Source: Macrostomum lignano
Lineage: Eukaryota
DNA length: 64,000 nucleotides
NCBI GenBank assembly: GCA_002269645.1
Contig: NIVC01001785.1
Location: 1-64,000 of the forward strand
Direction of reading: 5' to 3'
How positions within the stretch are numbered: position 1 is the first letter of the stretch; each line of letters begins with the position of its first letter. This document shows positions 52,865-64,000 of this stretch, one piece after another. The translations under genes and the position numbers were made by a program. Under the pieces are notes generated by a model. That model saw only the letters and a list, made by a program, of their open reading frames with translations, did no database searches and was not told the DNA's origin.

Positions 52865-53745
52865 GGGAAGATGGGAAAACAGGGGAGGAGATAAGAGTGG
52901 AGAAGATGGGGAAGGGAGAAGAGATGAGGGGAAAGATGGGGAAGGGAGAAGAGATGAGGGGAAAGATGGGGAAGGGAGAAGAGATGAGAGGAGATGGGGA
53001 AGGTAGAGGAGATGAGAGAAGATGGGGAAGGGAGAGAAGATGGGGAAGGGAGAAGAGATGAGAGGAGAAGATGGGGAAGGGAGAGAAGAGATTAGGGGAG
53101 AAGATGGGGAAGGGAAAAGAGATAAGAGGAGAAAAGATAGGGAAAGGAGGAGACAACTGGGGAGAAGATGGGGAAAGGAGCAGACAACTGGGGAGAAGAT
53201 AAGGAAAGGAGCAGACAACTGGGGAGAAGATAAGGAAAGGACGAGACAACTGGGGAGAAGATAGGGAAAGGAGGAGACAACTGGGGAGAAGATAGGGAAA
53301 GGACGAGACAACAGGGGAGAAGATAGGGAAAGGAGGAGACAACTGGGGAGAAGATGGGGAAAGGAGCAGACAACTGGGGAGAAGATAGGGAAAGGAGCAG
53401 ACAACTGGGGAGAAGATAAGGAAAGGACGAGACAACTGGGGAGAAGATAGGGAAAGGACGAGACAACAGGGGAGAAGATAGGGAAAGGAGGAGACAACTG
53501 GGGAGAAGATGGGGAAAGGAGCAGACAACTGGGGAGAAGATAGGGAAAGGAGGAGACAACTGGGGAGAAGATAGGGAAAGGAGCAGACAACTGGGGAGAA
53601 GATAGGGAAAGGACGAGACAACTGGGGAGAAGATAGGGAAAGGAGCAGACAACTGGGGAGAAGATAGGGAAAGGACGAGACAACTAAGGAGAAGATAGGG
53701 AAGGGAGAGGAGATGAGTGAAGAAGATGGGGAAGGGAGAAGAGGT
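52865..53745. repeat. Purine-rich array, ~31-bp unit GGGGAGAAGATAGGGAAAGGAGGAGACAACT, upstream of DNAJC1
   Basis: Tandem copies, with simpler GA-rich units at the left end. Confidence 0.93.
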
Positions 53746-54639
53746 GACTTCGATTGAGATTTCACAAACCAAACTATATTTAAATGAATTTGAACTCTAT
53801 GATGCTTCACAACCATTTTACTCGTTCATAAGGCCTTTCTGTAAGCTGATTTAGCCTCTTTAATACCCTGTTAATGCGTAGCACTCTAGCGAATATTCTC
53901 TACACAAATATTTATGCACTTTTATCCAGTATAAAATCACTAAAAACAGCGCAGGTTGCAACTAGGAAGAGAAAAGGCATGGGGTATTAAAAATACAATT
54001 AAGACTCAAGTTGAAGCTTAATTATCTGCTTATAAAGCTCAAGTTTATCCTGCTTTTTGGGAGCAGAAAAAATGATTGCAAGGAAAACAGAATAAAGGGC
54101 ACGTATTTGCACTAATTAGCGGTGTTGTGCCGCAGGTAAATTTGCTGTTTGTATTTAAATGATCAAACGGGATTTCTGTTTCAAACACATTCAACCTAAT
54201 GATACAAACAAATTATGAGCGAATTAAAAACTAGTTTTAATGGTAATTAATTTGCAATTATAACTATGTTCTAGACTTGAAAGACAGGACAATGTAATAA
54301 CAATGGATACAATATTTACATAGCAGAATAGATTTTCTGCACATCGGCCGTATGTGAATGAACCAAATTTCACTTCAAATCATCTTTTTGGACTGGGTGG
54401 GCGGCTAAACAAATGGAATTACAATATGATATTACTGTGTAATTGCAACGATATGGATTAGTATTATATGATACAAAGCTTTATAATCGGTAACAAGACA
54501 TTTGGGCCGAGTGAATTACAAATTTAAACAGAATTTCTATTCATAGCGCAGTAAAACATTAGCGGTTAGTGAGCGGCCACGGCCTACAAAACTCCCACCG
54601 TTGCGAGTGCACTAAAGCCGGTTTGCAAGGTCACAAGCT

Positions 54640-55530
54640 GGATGGCGATTATCTGGGATTTGAAGCCGATTCTCTCAGAGATGGGATGGCGATTATCTGG
54701 GATTAGAAGCCGATTCTCAGAGATGGGATGGCGATTATCTGGGATTAGAAGCCGATTCTCAGCGATGGGATGGCGATTATCTGGGATTAGAAGACGATTC
54801 TCAGCGATGGGATGGCGATTATCTAGGATTAGAAGACGATTCTCAGCGATGGGATGGCGATTATCTGGGATTAGAAGCCGATTCTCAGCGATGGGATGGC
54901 GATTATCTGGGATTAGAAGACGATTCTCAGAGATGGGATGGCGATTATCTGGGATTAGAAGCCGATTCTCTCAGAGATGGGATGGCGATTATCTGGGATT
55001 AGAAGACGATTCTCAGCGATGGGATGGCGATTATCTGGGATTAGAAGACGATTCTCAGAGATGGGAAGGCGATTATCTAGGATTAGAAGCCGATTCTCAG
55101 CGATGGGATGGCGATTATCTGGGATTAGAAGACGATTCTCAGAGATGGGATGGCGATTATCTGGGATTAGAAGTCGATTCTCAGCGATGGGATGGCGATT
55201 ATCTGGGATTAGAAGCCGATTCTCAGCGATGGGATGGCGATTATCTGGGATTAGAAGACGATTCTCAGCGATGGGATGGCGATTATCTGGGATTAGAAGT
55301 CGATTCTCAGCGATGGGATGGCGATTATCTGAAATTAGAAGCCGATTCTCAGCGATGGGATGGCGATTATCTGGGATTAGAAGACGATTCTCAGCGATGG
55401 GATGGCGATTATCTGGGATTAGAAGCCGATTCTCAGCGATGGGATGCCGATCTTTGGGGATTGGAAGGCGATTTTAGGGGTTTAGAGGGCGACTCTAGGG
55501 GATCGGATGGCGATTCTTTAGGATTAGAAG
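54640..55530. repeat. Minisatellite, 42-bp unit GATGGCGATTATCTGGGATTAGAAGCCGATTCTCAGCGATGG, 3' of ETFRF1
   Basis: About 20 copies, degenerate at the right end. Confidence 0.95.
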
Positions 55531-55602
55531 GCGATAGTCAGACAGGGGGCTGAAATGATTCTAAATGGATTAGAAAAAATATTTATTACACTAGTTGCAG
55601 AG

Positions 55603-55926
55603 TTATTGAGTCTTCGTAGGCGCCTCTTTATCACTGCTACTAGTAGTAGCGCTAGTAGTAGCTTCATCCTTCTCGTAGTACCTGTGCTTGAGCGCCCGGT
55701 ACTTGCGCAGCATGTACAGCGCCTCCAGCTCTTTGATGACGAACTCGCCCCGGCCAATCAGCACCTTGATCTGGTCCGGGTCCTTGACTCCGCTATTCTT
55801 CAAGAATACGGACTTTAGTCGGTCGCGAAAGTAAGCGTAACCTTTGGGATAGTCGCGTCCCATGTACAGCAGGTTTTTGTACAGGGCGATCACCTGAGAG
55901 CGGAGCTGCGGCGGCGGTGACGTCAT
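55603..55926 (-). CDS. ETFRF1: Electron transfer flavoprotein regulatory factor 1 (LYR motif protein 5), 107 aa
   Basis: [37 protein letters not shown]...[25 protein letters not shown] closely matches LYRM5/ETFRF1. First in-frame ATG at 55926, with an AG acceptor ~25 nt upstream. Confidence 0.94.
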   Translation of the reverse strand: MTSPPPQLRSQVIALYKNLLYMGRDYPKGYAYFRDRLKSVFLKNSGVKDPDQIKVLIGRGEFVIKELEALYMLRKYRALKHRYYEKDEATTSATTSSSDKEAPTKTQ

Positions 55927-56039
55927 TGGGTCAGAGATCGAGCTTTGCAACTTGCATGGAAAAAAAAATATTAAGAAAGCCTGATTAATTTCCGACTTGA
56001 CAGAAGACGTACTAATCGAGGCATTTTAAATGACAGGGG

Positions 56040-56972
56040 AAGGACGGAGGGAGAAGCGGGCATCACTGAAGGACACGGAGGGAGAAGCGGGCATCACTGA
56101 AGGACACGGAGGGAGAAGCGGGCATCACTGAAGGACACGGAGGGAGCAGCGGGCATCACTGAAGGACACGGAGGGAGCAGCGGGCATCACTGAAGGGCAC
56201 GGAGAAGCGGGCATCACTGAAGGGCACGGAGGGAGAAGCGGGCATCACTGAAGGGCACGGAGGAAGAAGCGGGCATCACTGAAGGGCACGGAGGGAGAAT
56301 CGGGCATCACTGAAGGGCATGGAGAAGCGGGCATCACTGAAGGACACGGAGGAAGAAGCGGGCATCACTGAAGGGCACGGAGGGAGCAGCGGGATCACTG
56401 AAGGCACGGAGGGAGAAGCGGGCATCACTGAAGGGCACGGAGGGAGAAGCGGGCATCACTGAAGGGCACGGAGGGAGAAGCGGGCATCACTGAAGGGCAC
56501 GGAGAAGCGGGCATCACTGAAGGGCACGGAGGGAGAAGCGGGCATCACTGAAGGGCACGGAGAAGCGGGCATCACTGAAGGGCACGGAGAAGCGGGCATC
56601 ACTGAAGGGCACGGAGGGAGAAGCGGGCATCACTGAAGGGCACGGAGGGAGAAGCGGGCATCACTGAAGGGCACGGAGGGAGAAGCGGGATCACTGAAGG
56701 GCACGGAGGGAGCAGCGGGATCACTGAAGGGCATGGAGGGAGCAGCGGGATCACTGAAGGGCATGGAGGGAGCAGCGGGATCACTGAAGGCACGGAGGGA
56801 GCAGCGGGATCACTGAAGGGCATGGAGGGAGCAGCGGGATCACTGAAGGCACGGAGGGAGAAGCGGGCATCACTGAAGGACACGGAGGGAGCAGCGGGAT
56901 CACTGAAGGCACGGAGGGAGCAGCGGGCATCACTGAAGGGCACGGAGGGAGTAGCGGGATCACTGAAGGACA
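56040..56972. repeat. Minisatellite, 28-31-bp unit CACTGAAGGGCACGGAGGGAGAAGCGGGCAT, upstream of ETFRF1
   Basis: About 31 copies. Confidence 0.95.
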
Positions 56973-58125
56973 CGACCAAGTCGAAAAATCTCTTACTATG
57001 TTAGGATACACAAACCAACTGTATTTAAAAATTGACACTATTTGCAACTCGGAGAAAGCATGCAATGAAATACACAGGATCATAACAAAAAAGAAATTAA
57101 ACGCAAAGAAATAATAGAATTAAATATCCACTGTACATGATTACATACATATAGTTCAAAAAGCAATAGTTCTGAAGGCCTATCCTTTTTAATCAACAGT
57201 ACTTTAGCATGTTTAATTAAACTAATATCGTTTACGTGTAATTGGTATGCAGAAGTTCTTTTTACAACAAAACTAAGCTTTACAGACTACTTACTGAGTA
57301 AGTAGTGCATAATAGTCAGCAATGAATCTTCCCCGCTATGGCTTCGCTTTACCTAAAAGTCGCTAGAGTCGCCTAAGAGCCGATTTGAGACGCTTTATTG
57401 TCCTATAATTACTCTGGGACCCGGGACCGAAAAGTCGTATATGCAGCGTCACCGCGTTAAGTCTAAAGCGCATCTGCGTCACTTTAATTATGAATTAGAA
57501 TCGCATTTTGTATTTATAACAACTTTTTTAGTCTACTTGGGTTAGTAGAAAGTTAAGCGCCAACACAGCGACTCTTGGACGATTTTTGCGACTCTTTTGC
57601 AATTTTAAAACTCACACGTGATGTACTCGTGACTCAACAGTCACCCCTCCGTCGCATTACAGTCGTCTGAGTCGTTACCAAGGATGATATATATCAACTG
57701 GATTGTCAAACTACTCCACCTAAAAGGGTTGAATATGCCTAAAATGTGACTCGCAAAACCCCTGCTTCCTGCTCATTGGCTGCTATTTTTAGCTCACTTG
57801 CTTATACTGACCTATGTAGAAACATTGCCTGGTGGTTAGAAAACTAGCTAGGGACGCGAGGGTTCGCGGGCCGTGGTGGGTAGAGAGATAAAAGTAGGGG
57901 TTTGTTTTCAAGGTTGTTATATATCTTCCTAGTGTATTTGAAACCGTTCCAAACCGATTTGAATTCATTTGAAACCGATCACGTTCCAGCCAATGAACGT
58001 GAAGGAGGGGATTTGCGGGTCAAAGTTTAAGCATGCTTTAGCGTCAGTCCGACAATCCAGTTGTTATATATCATCCTTGGTCGTTAGTTACAAATGTTAC
58101 AAGAGTAGCCCTAGAGTATTTAGAG

Positions 58126-59297
58126 TCACGATTTCGGCGGTTTATAATCTTCGCCATTGAGTCGCATCTGGCCGGTGAACCGGTGCACCTTGATATTAAC
58201 CGGCCGTTTGATCATCCGATCGGCGTGCGACCGGCTAGCCAGATGCTGCCGCCAGGCCGCCTCCGACACGGTGGCAAAGGCGCAGCGGAGGCAATCGTAG
58301 CGGCGCTGCCGCTTGGTGCAGGCGGCCTCGTGCGAGGCCAGAGTCTCCCGCTTAGCTGAGCGATGGCCGCAGAAGTAGCGGCAGGAGTACAGCGGCTGGA
58401 TGTTGGCGTGGGCCTGCCGGCGATGGCTAACAATCTCATGGTAGGTGCGGCACACGAACGAGCAGAATGAGCACTGGAAGCAGAGCTCTTTATGGGTGGA
58501 ACAGTGCGCAAAATAGCGGCGCTGACTGTCGCAGGTGAAGCTGCACTTCTCGCAGGCGAATCTAGGCGCAAGCGGTTTCTCTTCGTTGACTATTTCAATG
58601 TCACTGTCGGCGCCGGTGTCTGTTGCGACGGCAGCCGACGAATTCGTGGCAGCAGCAGCAGCAGCAGTGGAAGCAGGAGCAGACGAAACCAGAGACTGAT
58701 CAACAAGGCCAGCTAAACTAGCCGAGTGCTTGAGCTCGCAGTGAGCCACGGCAGCATCAGCCGTGTTGAACAGCATCGAAGCAGCGCAGGCTGTGCAAAC
58801 CATCCGGCTGTTGAGATGAAAAGCCAGCAGGTGTTCGGCCAGCACCCGGTCGCTGGGGAATCGACCGCCAGCAGATTTACAAGCAGCTATGGGACAGCGG
58901 ATTAACGACCGGGTGGCAGAAGCCGCACCTGTGACAGTTGGAGCGGCTGGAGAGACAAGAACCGTGGGAGGCACCACCGGGCGAGATGGTGCGTCAACAA
59001 TCTGTACATCGTCATCGTCGCCATTGTACACCGTCGAATTCCAACTGACGACATTTCGACTCTGCCTGCTGTTGATCCCATTGCTATTGCTACTCTGCTG
59101 TCTAGCCACATTAGCAACGTTGGGGCTATTCCTAACTCCAATAGTCCATCTGCCATTGCCAACCCCGTGGCCATTGTTGCGGATGGCGCTGCCGTTGCCA
59201 CGGCTGCTGTTATGGTTGTGATCATCAGTGTCTTCCTCATCGTCAATTATGACAACAATGGGCAGGCCGCCATTGGGCCGACCACTGCTTGGTGGAA
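58126..59297 (-). CDS. C2H2 zinc-finger protein (about 6 fingers) with SIM-like motifs; terminal exon only, 5' exon(s) not located
   Basis: Open frame with CxxC...HxxxH fingers (e.g. CEKCSFTCDSQRRYFAHCSTH, CSFCSFVCRTYHEIVSHRRQAH), one C2HC finger and a final HLASRSH matrin-like finger. No in-frame ATG near the start; a pyrimidine tract plus CAG acceptor at 59298-59300 indicates a phase-1 exon start. Confidence 0.8.
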
Positions 59298-60041
59298 CTG
59301 TTGTATGTGGCAAAGACAAAAATAATGCAACAGAATTATTTAATTAATCAATTTTTTAATTAGTATTTATTCATATTGATTATATAAGCAGACTTAGGCC
59401 TATCTTAGATACTTAACTATTTTTTATATTCAGATAGAATTAGTAAATATTATATAATGACCAGTACATTTTAATAGTATACTATTCCTACAATTGTATA
59501 TAGTTAATATCATTCTTAGCTTTTTAACTTTGAATCTATTGATAAAAATAAATTTAGGCCAGCCAAAATAGTCAAGCCAATAGCCAATGCAATAAGCCCC
59601 CTAATATTTACAGAAATAAGCCTTACAGCTTAGGCCTAAAGTATATAGAGGACTACAAAATAATATTTTGCTTCTTGCTATAGCCAGTGTCTTTAATTTA
59701 TTTTTCTTTTTGTAATAGCTATAGGTCTAATTTAGCAAATTAAGAGATATTTTATAATTAAAGCAACAAAACTAGGGCTAAAAGACCTTTTGCTAACCTG
59801 TTGAAAAAGTAGACAATGAGAATTTTATTAGAATTTCATATTTATTGCATGCAAAAACTAAGTGTTGGTTAGGAATTAAAAAAGTATATTATTGGCCTTA
59901 TATTTAAACTTTTTATGCTAGAACTAATCATTTAGTAGGCCTAAAGCAAAGTATATTTAATTTTCAAAATACAAAAGCTCTAGATTTTTGCTATATTATA
60001 TTTTTTAACTATAACTCTAGACTATAGCCTCTTTATAAAAA

Positions 60042-60924
60042 GGAAGTGCTTATCCCCACAGTCCTATGCTGATAATTTGTATTTTATTCAGATGGATCCA
60101 TGTCAATAATTTCCAGCTTATCCCCATGGCAGCTTATTGAAATAGCTAGCTGCCACCATTCAAGTCTATAAGCTGTGTCAAAAATTTCAATTTTATTTAC
60201 ACAGATCTATGTCAATAATTTTAGCTCGTAGCTCATCCCATGGCTAAGATTGTATAGTTGTTTGTGTTTAGTTTGTATACTGACATTAAATGTTGCTACT
60301 AGGCCTATATTAGTCATTTTATTGTAACATATATAGCATAGTTTAAAGTAATTGTTATTACAATGTTATATGACTTTCTGTTAAAGTCACAATGTGACAG
60401 TGTAATTTTAACATCTTGCTAACTCTCCATCCAAAATTGATATTGTCATTATTATTAGTATTATTATCATCATTATAACATATTGAATTTTTAATTTTTT
60501 TTAAGTCTTGTTCACCTTTATCTTAGGGTTGTTTGATCAGTTTGGCAAAGCTAGCAGCTAAGCAAATATTTAAAATTAACCCTCTTAATGACAAAAAAGT
60601 TTTAACAAAGTACATAATACTATTCAATATTCAAAAGTTTATTTGAAAGATTTCTAAAATAATGAAAACAAAAAGATGGTTTTTGAAAAGATTCATTTCA
60701 ATGTGTTCTATTCTAGTAAGCTGCTTTGGGAATAAGCTGAAAATTGTAAACATAAGATCTATGTAAATAAAATTGGAATTATTGACATGGCTTATAGACT
60801 TGAATGGTAGCAGCTATTTCAATAAGCTGCTGTGGGGATAAGCTAGAAATTGTTGACACAGATCTGTATAGATAAAATTTGAATTATTGGTATAGGACCA
60901 TGAGGAATGGGGATAAGCACTTCC
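60042..60924. mobile_element. Mutator-like (MULE) MITE / foldback element
   Basis: Long (~190 bp) imperfect TIRs starting GGAAGTGCTTATCCCCA; perfect 9-bp TSD TTATAAAAA (60033-60041 and 60925-60933). Confidence 0.85.
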
Positions 60925-61859
60925 TTATAAAAAGTTGATATAAAAAATTATTATTGTCCCATTTCCAAATAAATCACAATTCCAAATCTCTAATTTTTTC
61001 TATTTTATAAAAAACCTTGCTATGGTTAGAATTAAAACTTTTTTATTGCATATTTAAATCATATAATATTGAACCAACCACAATTTGTATAATTTAATCT
61101 GTGTTGGGCACGATTAATAAAAATCCTAATTTCCATTAATGGCAAAAAGCATTAGGCCTAATGTTAGAATGAAAACATCTTTTTAGAAATTGATGTTATG
61201 TACTACAAATGGCCCTATACATGCTATGCTAGCTTTGGTTTACAATCATTTACATGTTTTGCTTTTGTTCAAATGACTGTAAACCAAAGTGGATATATAG
61301 GATCATCTTTGGATTCTTATAACTGTCTTATGCTGTAATCTGTAAAATGGATCACTATAAACCCTTTACCTTCTTTTTTCATTTGAACATGCAGCTAGTA
61401 TTATGATGGATAAATAAAAGGATTGGAGTGCTTGTCGACAGTTTTTTGCACTTTGATGAAATAAACAACAGTTTTGTATCTTCCCTATTTCTCCAATGGG
61501 GATTGTCACTAATTTAAATGATCATAAACCAAAGGAATGCCTGTTGGTCTTGACACTGTCATTAGGCCTAATATTAACAATGAATTTGTCATTAACTCGC
61601 AAAATTATTAATGCAAATTTGTTAATCCATTAGTTTAGAATAATCTCAACAATAGTCCATTAACATTAATGAAAAATCTGGCAATAGTACAGTTTTGTTC
61701 GTGAAATTATTTTTTGTTTAAATTTGAAAGTTCAAAACCAGAAAACAATAGGGCCTAACAATGATAAAAATTGATGTTTTAAACCATTCTAACAATTCAT
61801 CTGGCATTCCGACTGTGCTAGAGCTCATTGGTCATGGACCTTTAAAGCAAATGGGTGCT

Positions 61860-62970
61860 CATAACAACAACAACAGCAACAACAACAACAACAGGGTACA
61901 CTGCCAGTTTGCAAAAGCAGCGTCAGATGGCGCACTTTGAAGCTTGGGCGCAAACAAAGGCTGCACTGCCGGCAGAGTCCAGGGCGCTGGCGTCAGCCAG
62001 CAGACAGTCAACGTAGCGCCGAGTCCTCGCCTGTCCCCACTGGTAGGGTGCCTGCAACATAAGTAGCAGCACCTCCTGCACCGGCTCCGGACAGTAGGCC
62101 TTGGCTCGGATGACGTGGCCTGCCAGCTGGAGTCACCGATGGCGCAGCAGATTGCTAGGACGGGCCAGGCCGGCGCAATGATAGAGCGCCATGTTGGTGA
62201 CTCACTCGTTGCTGATCTTGAAGCCGGCGCACAGCAGGCCAGCGTGCGCCGCATCAACTTGAGCCTCGAGCGAGTCTGTCAGCGTCCAGGTCTCGGCGTT
62301 GTATAACAGGACAGTCTTGATCACCGCCTGGAACAGCACTGCCCTCTGGCGGTCCGGTAGGGCCTTGGACTGCAGGCATACATGCGCAACAGTCGGCCGA
62401 GTCGGCCGATCCGGCCGACCGATTTGGCGGCCAATCAAGGAAGTCGCAAAAATTCCCACCCAAAAAATAACCTGAAGAGTAGTACTAAGTAGCTGACGAG
62501 GCATTTTAGCTTAATAAAACAGTCATAGTTACTCCTGCCGTTTACCCAAAGTTGCGTTAATTTTGCTTTTGGGTTTTTTTATATGTAAGTCGCATTTTTG
62601 GCCAAAAACTACGTCGCATTTTTGTTAAAACTAAGTCGCACGGCTGACCGAATTTTGGAGGTTGCACATGTATGACTGCAGGACTGACCTTATAGAACGA
62701 AAGGCAGCCCAGGCAAGTCCTCGGTGACGCTGCAGATCCTCGCGGATGTCGGAAACCAGACCATCAAGGTAGACGAACTGCTGACATCTTGGAAGCTCAC
62801 TCGCCTGTCTGTCAGTGCCTTGGCAGAAGATTGCAGCCTTGGTGTCGTCTGGCACGCATAGCACGACGGTCTTCTGCGTGTTGACCACCAGGCTGATGCT
62901 CGCTGCAACAGCAACCAGCCTATCCAGCTGTCGTTGGGCGCCCTCGATGGTCGAGGACAGCAGGTGCTCA
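61860..62970 (-). mobile_element. 5'-truncated RTE-like LINE (RT C-terminal part), interrupted by a MITE
   Basis: SLVVNTQKTVVL, ELPRCQQFVYL, GLAWAAFRSI and KTVLLYNAETWTL are RT C-terminal motifs; (TGT)n tail at ~61861-61891. Confidence 0.8.
62377..62674. mobile_element. hAT-like MITE, copy 2, inserted in the LINE
   Basis: TIRs CATACATGCGCAAC / GTTGCACATGTATG; 8-bp TSD ACTGCAGG on both sides; removing it restores the LINE reading (VLQS-KAL). Confidence 0.9.
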
Positions 62971-64000
62971 TACTTTTTTCATTAAATCAGTGCCACACTT
63001 GAATGCTACTTGAAACGCAAGTTGTCTATGGAAAAATTAATTTAAAAAATTGAAAGGGGCTCAAGTGGGAGGGGCTTGAACTGTTTCCCTTTGCTTTAGC
63101 TGAGAAGCTGCTAATATATCTTTTTCTTTTGGACAACATATTCTTTTTTATCATGGCTGGACAACCACCAAGACCCTCGTGGTCATGGATAATTCTGCCA
63201 AATGAAGTGCTGCCAGCAAATGTCTACTGCAACTAGAGCTAAATGCGAGCAACCTGATGGCTGCCATGGCAATGCTGGAGGAATCATTAGAATGGTTTAA
63301 AACATCAATTTTTATCATTGTTATTGTTTTTTGGTTTCAAACTTTTAAATTTAAATGAAATATAATTTCCCGAATAAAACTGCACTATTATTGCCAAAAA
63401 TCTTTATGCTTTTTAATGCTTATTAATGGATTAATGCTTATTAATGAACTGGTACCCAACAGTCAACACTGATTATAATAAGCCCTACTATTTTTAAACA
63501 AAATTGCATTCAAGCCTGATAAAAGTTCTAACCCGAAAAGCTGAATATTATTTTCAAAATAGTTGAGAGTAAGGGCTAAGGCCTATAGAAAGTAACATTA
63601 ACAATGTGAAATCGCAACATAGGGCCTTATCTAAAATTGGTCAGAAGGACAAGGTCTAATAGAAAATAGATAAATTGAAACTACTTTTAAACTACAATGA
63701 AACTAGGCAGAAAGATAGGCCTAGACAAATTACAATATTAAAATCAATAGAACACCGATTTTCCTATTGTTTTAAAAAAATAATAACTATTAAAGCGTAA
63801 ATTTAATCAAATTAATCAATTTATAGGAAAGAGGCCCAACAATTCAACGGGCCGTTTCATATTGCTTAAATTCTGGTTCCAGAACCAGAACCAATTTGTG
63901 AAGTATAACTTTTTGTCTCCATAACTAGACGGAGATACGTGCTATAAAGTTTTTATTATTGAATGACAATCGCCAAGAAGAAAGTGAAAAATTGTGCTAA

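Larger units (their letters stand above)
61680..63395. repeat. Pair of ~120-bp diverged inverted repeats (61680-61800 and 63290-63395) flanking the LINE/MITE
   Basis: TAACAATGATAAAAATTGATGTTTTAAACCATTCTA is matched exactly by its reverse complement at ~63289-63324, with diverged flanking similarity. Confidence 0.7.

Noticed and set aside
51219-55553. Cys/His/Trp-rich and WDGDYLGLE-type repeat ORFs
   Set aside because: Translations of the 22/23-, 31- and 42-bp arrays in the intron and spacers around DNAJC1 and ETFRF1; no signal peptide or frame conservation.
57826-57880. tRNA-like A/B-box fragments
   Set aside because: Degenerate B box and no cloverleaf.

Overview
Eukaryotic (metazoan) genomic DNA with GT-AG introns, GC-rich exons and AT-rich or repeat-filled introns. 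The style suggests a free-living flatworm such as Macrostomum, but this is inference and unconfirmed. I reconstructed eight protein-coding genes: UBE2Q-family E2 (-, 5 exons, apparent 1-nt frameshift in the last exon), SCYL1 pseudokinase (+, 5 exons), a myristoylation-motif stathmin-domain protein (-, 5 exons), an intronless secreted Glu/Lys/His-rich repeat protein (+), an intronless neuropeptide precursor with 13 copies of QYN(G/S)GMF-GKR (+), DNAJC1 (-, 2 exons), ETFRF1/LYRM5 (-) and a 5'-incomplete multi-C2H2 zinc-finger gene with SIM-like motifs (-). About 19 kb (~30%) is made of ~24 tandem arrays, each with a different unit, many abutting splice sites; most long ORFs in the supplied track are artefacts of these arrays. 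Mobile DNA includes three related MITEs with 8-bp TSDs, a 1.1-kb TIR element with an 8-bp TSD, a Mutator-like MITE with a 9-bp TSD, a tRNA-derived SINE, two RTE-like LINE fragments and a probable Crypton/DUF3504 relic. Best leads: the pQYNGGMFamide precursor, the secreted charged-repeat protein, the intron-minisatellite architecture (including an acceptor embedded in a microsatellite) and a possible trans-spliced ZF-ETFRF1-DNAJC1 operon.
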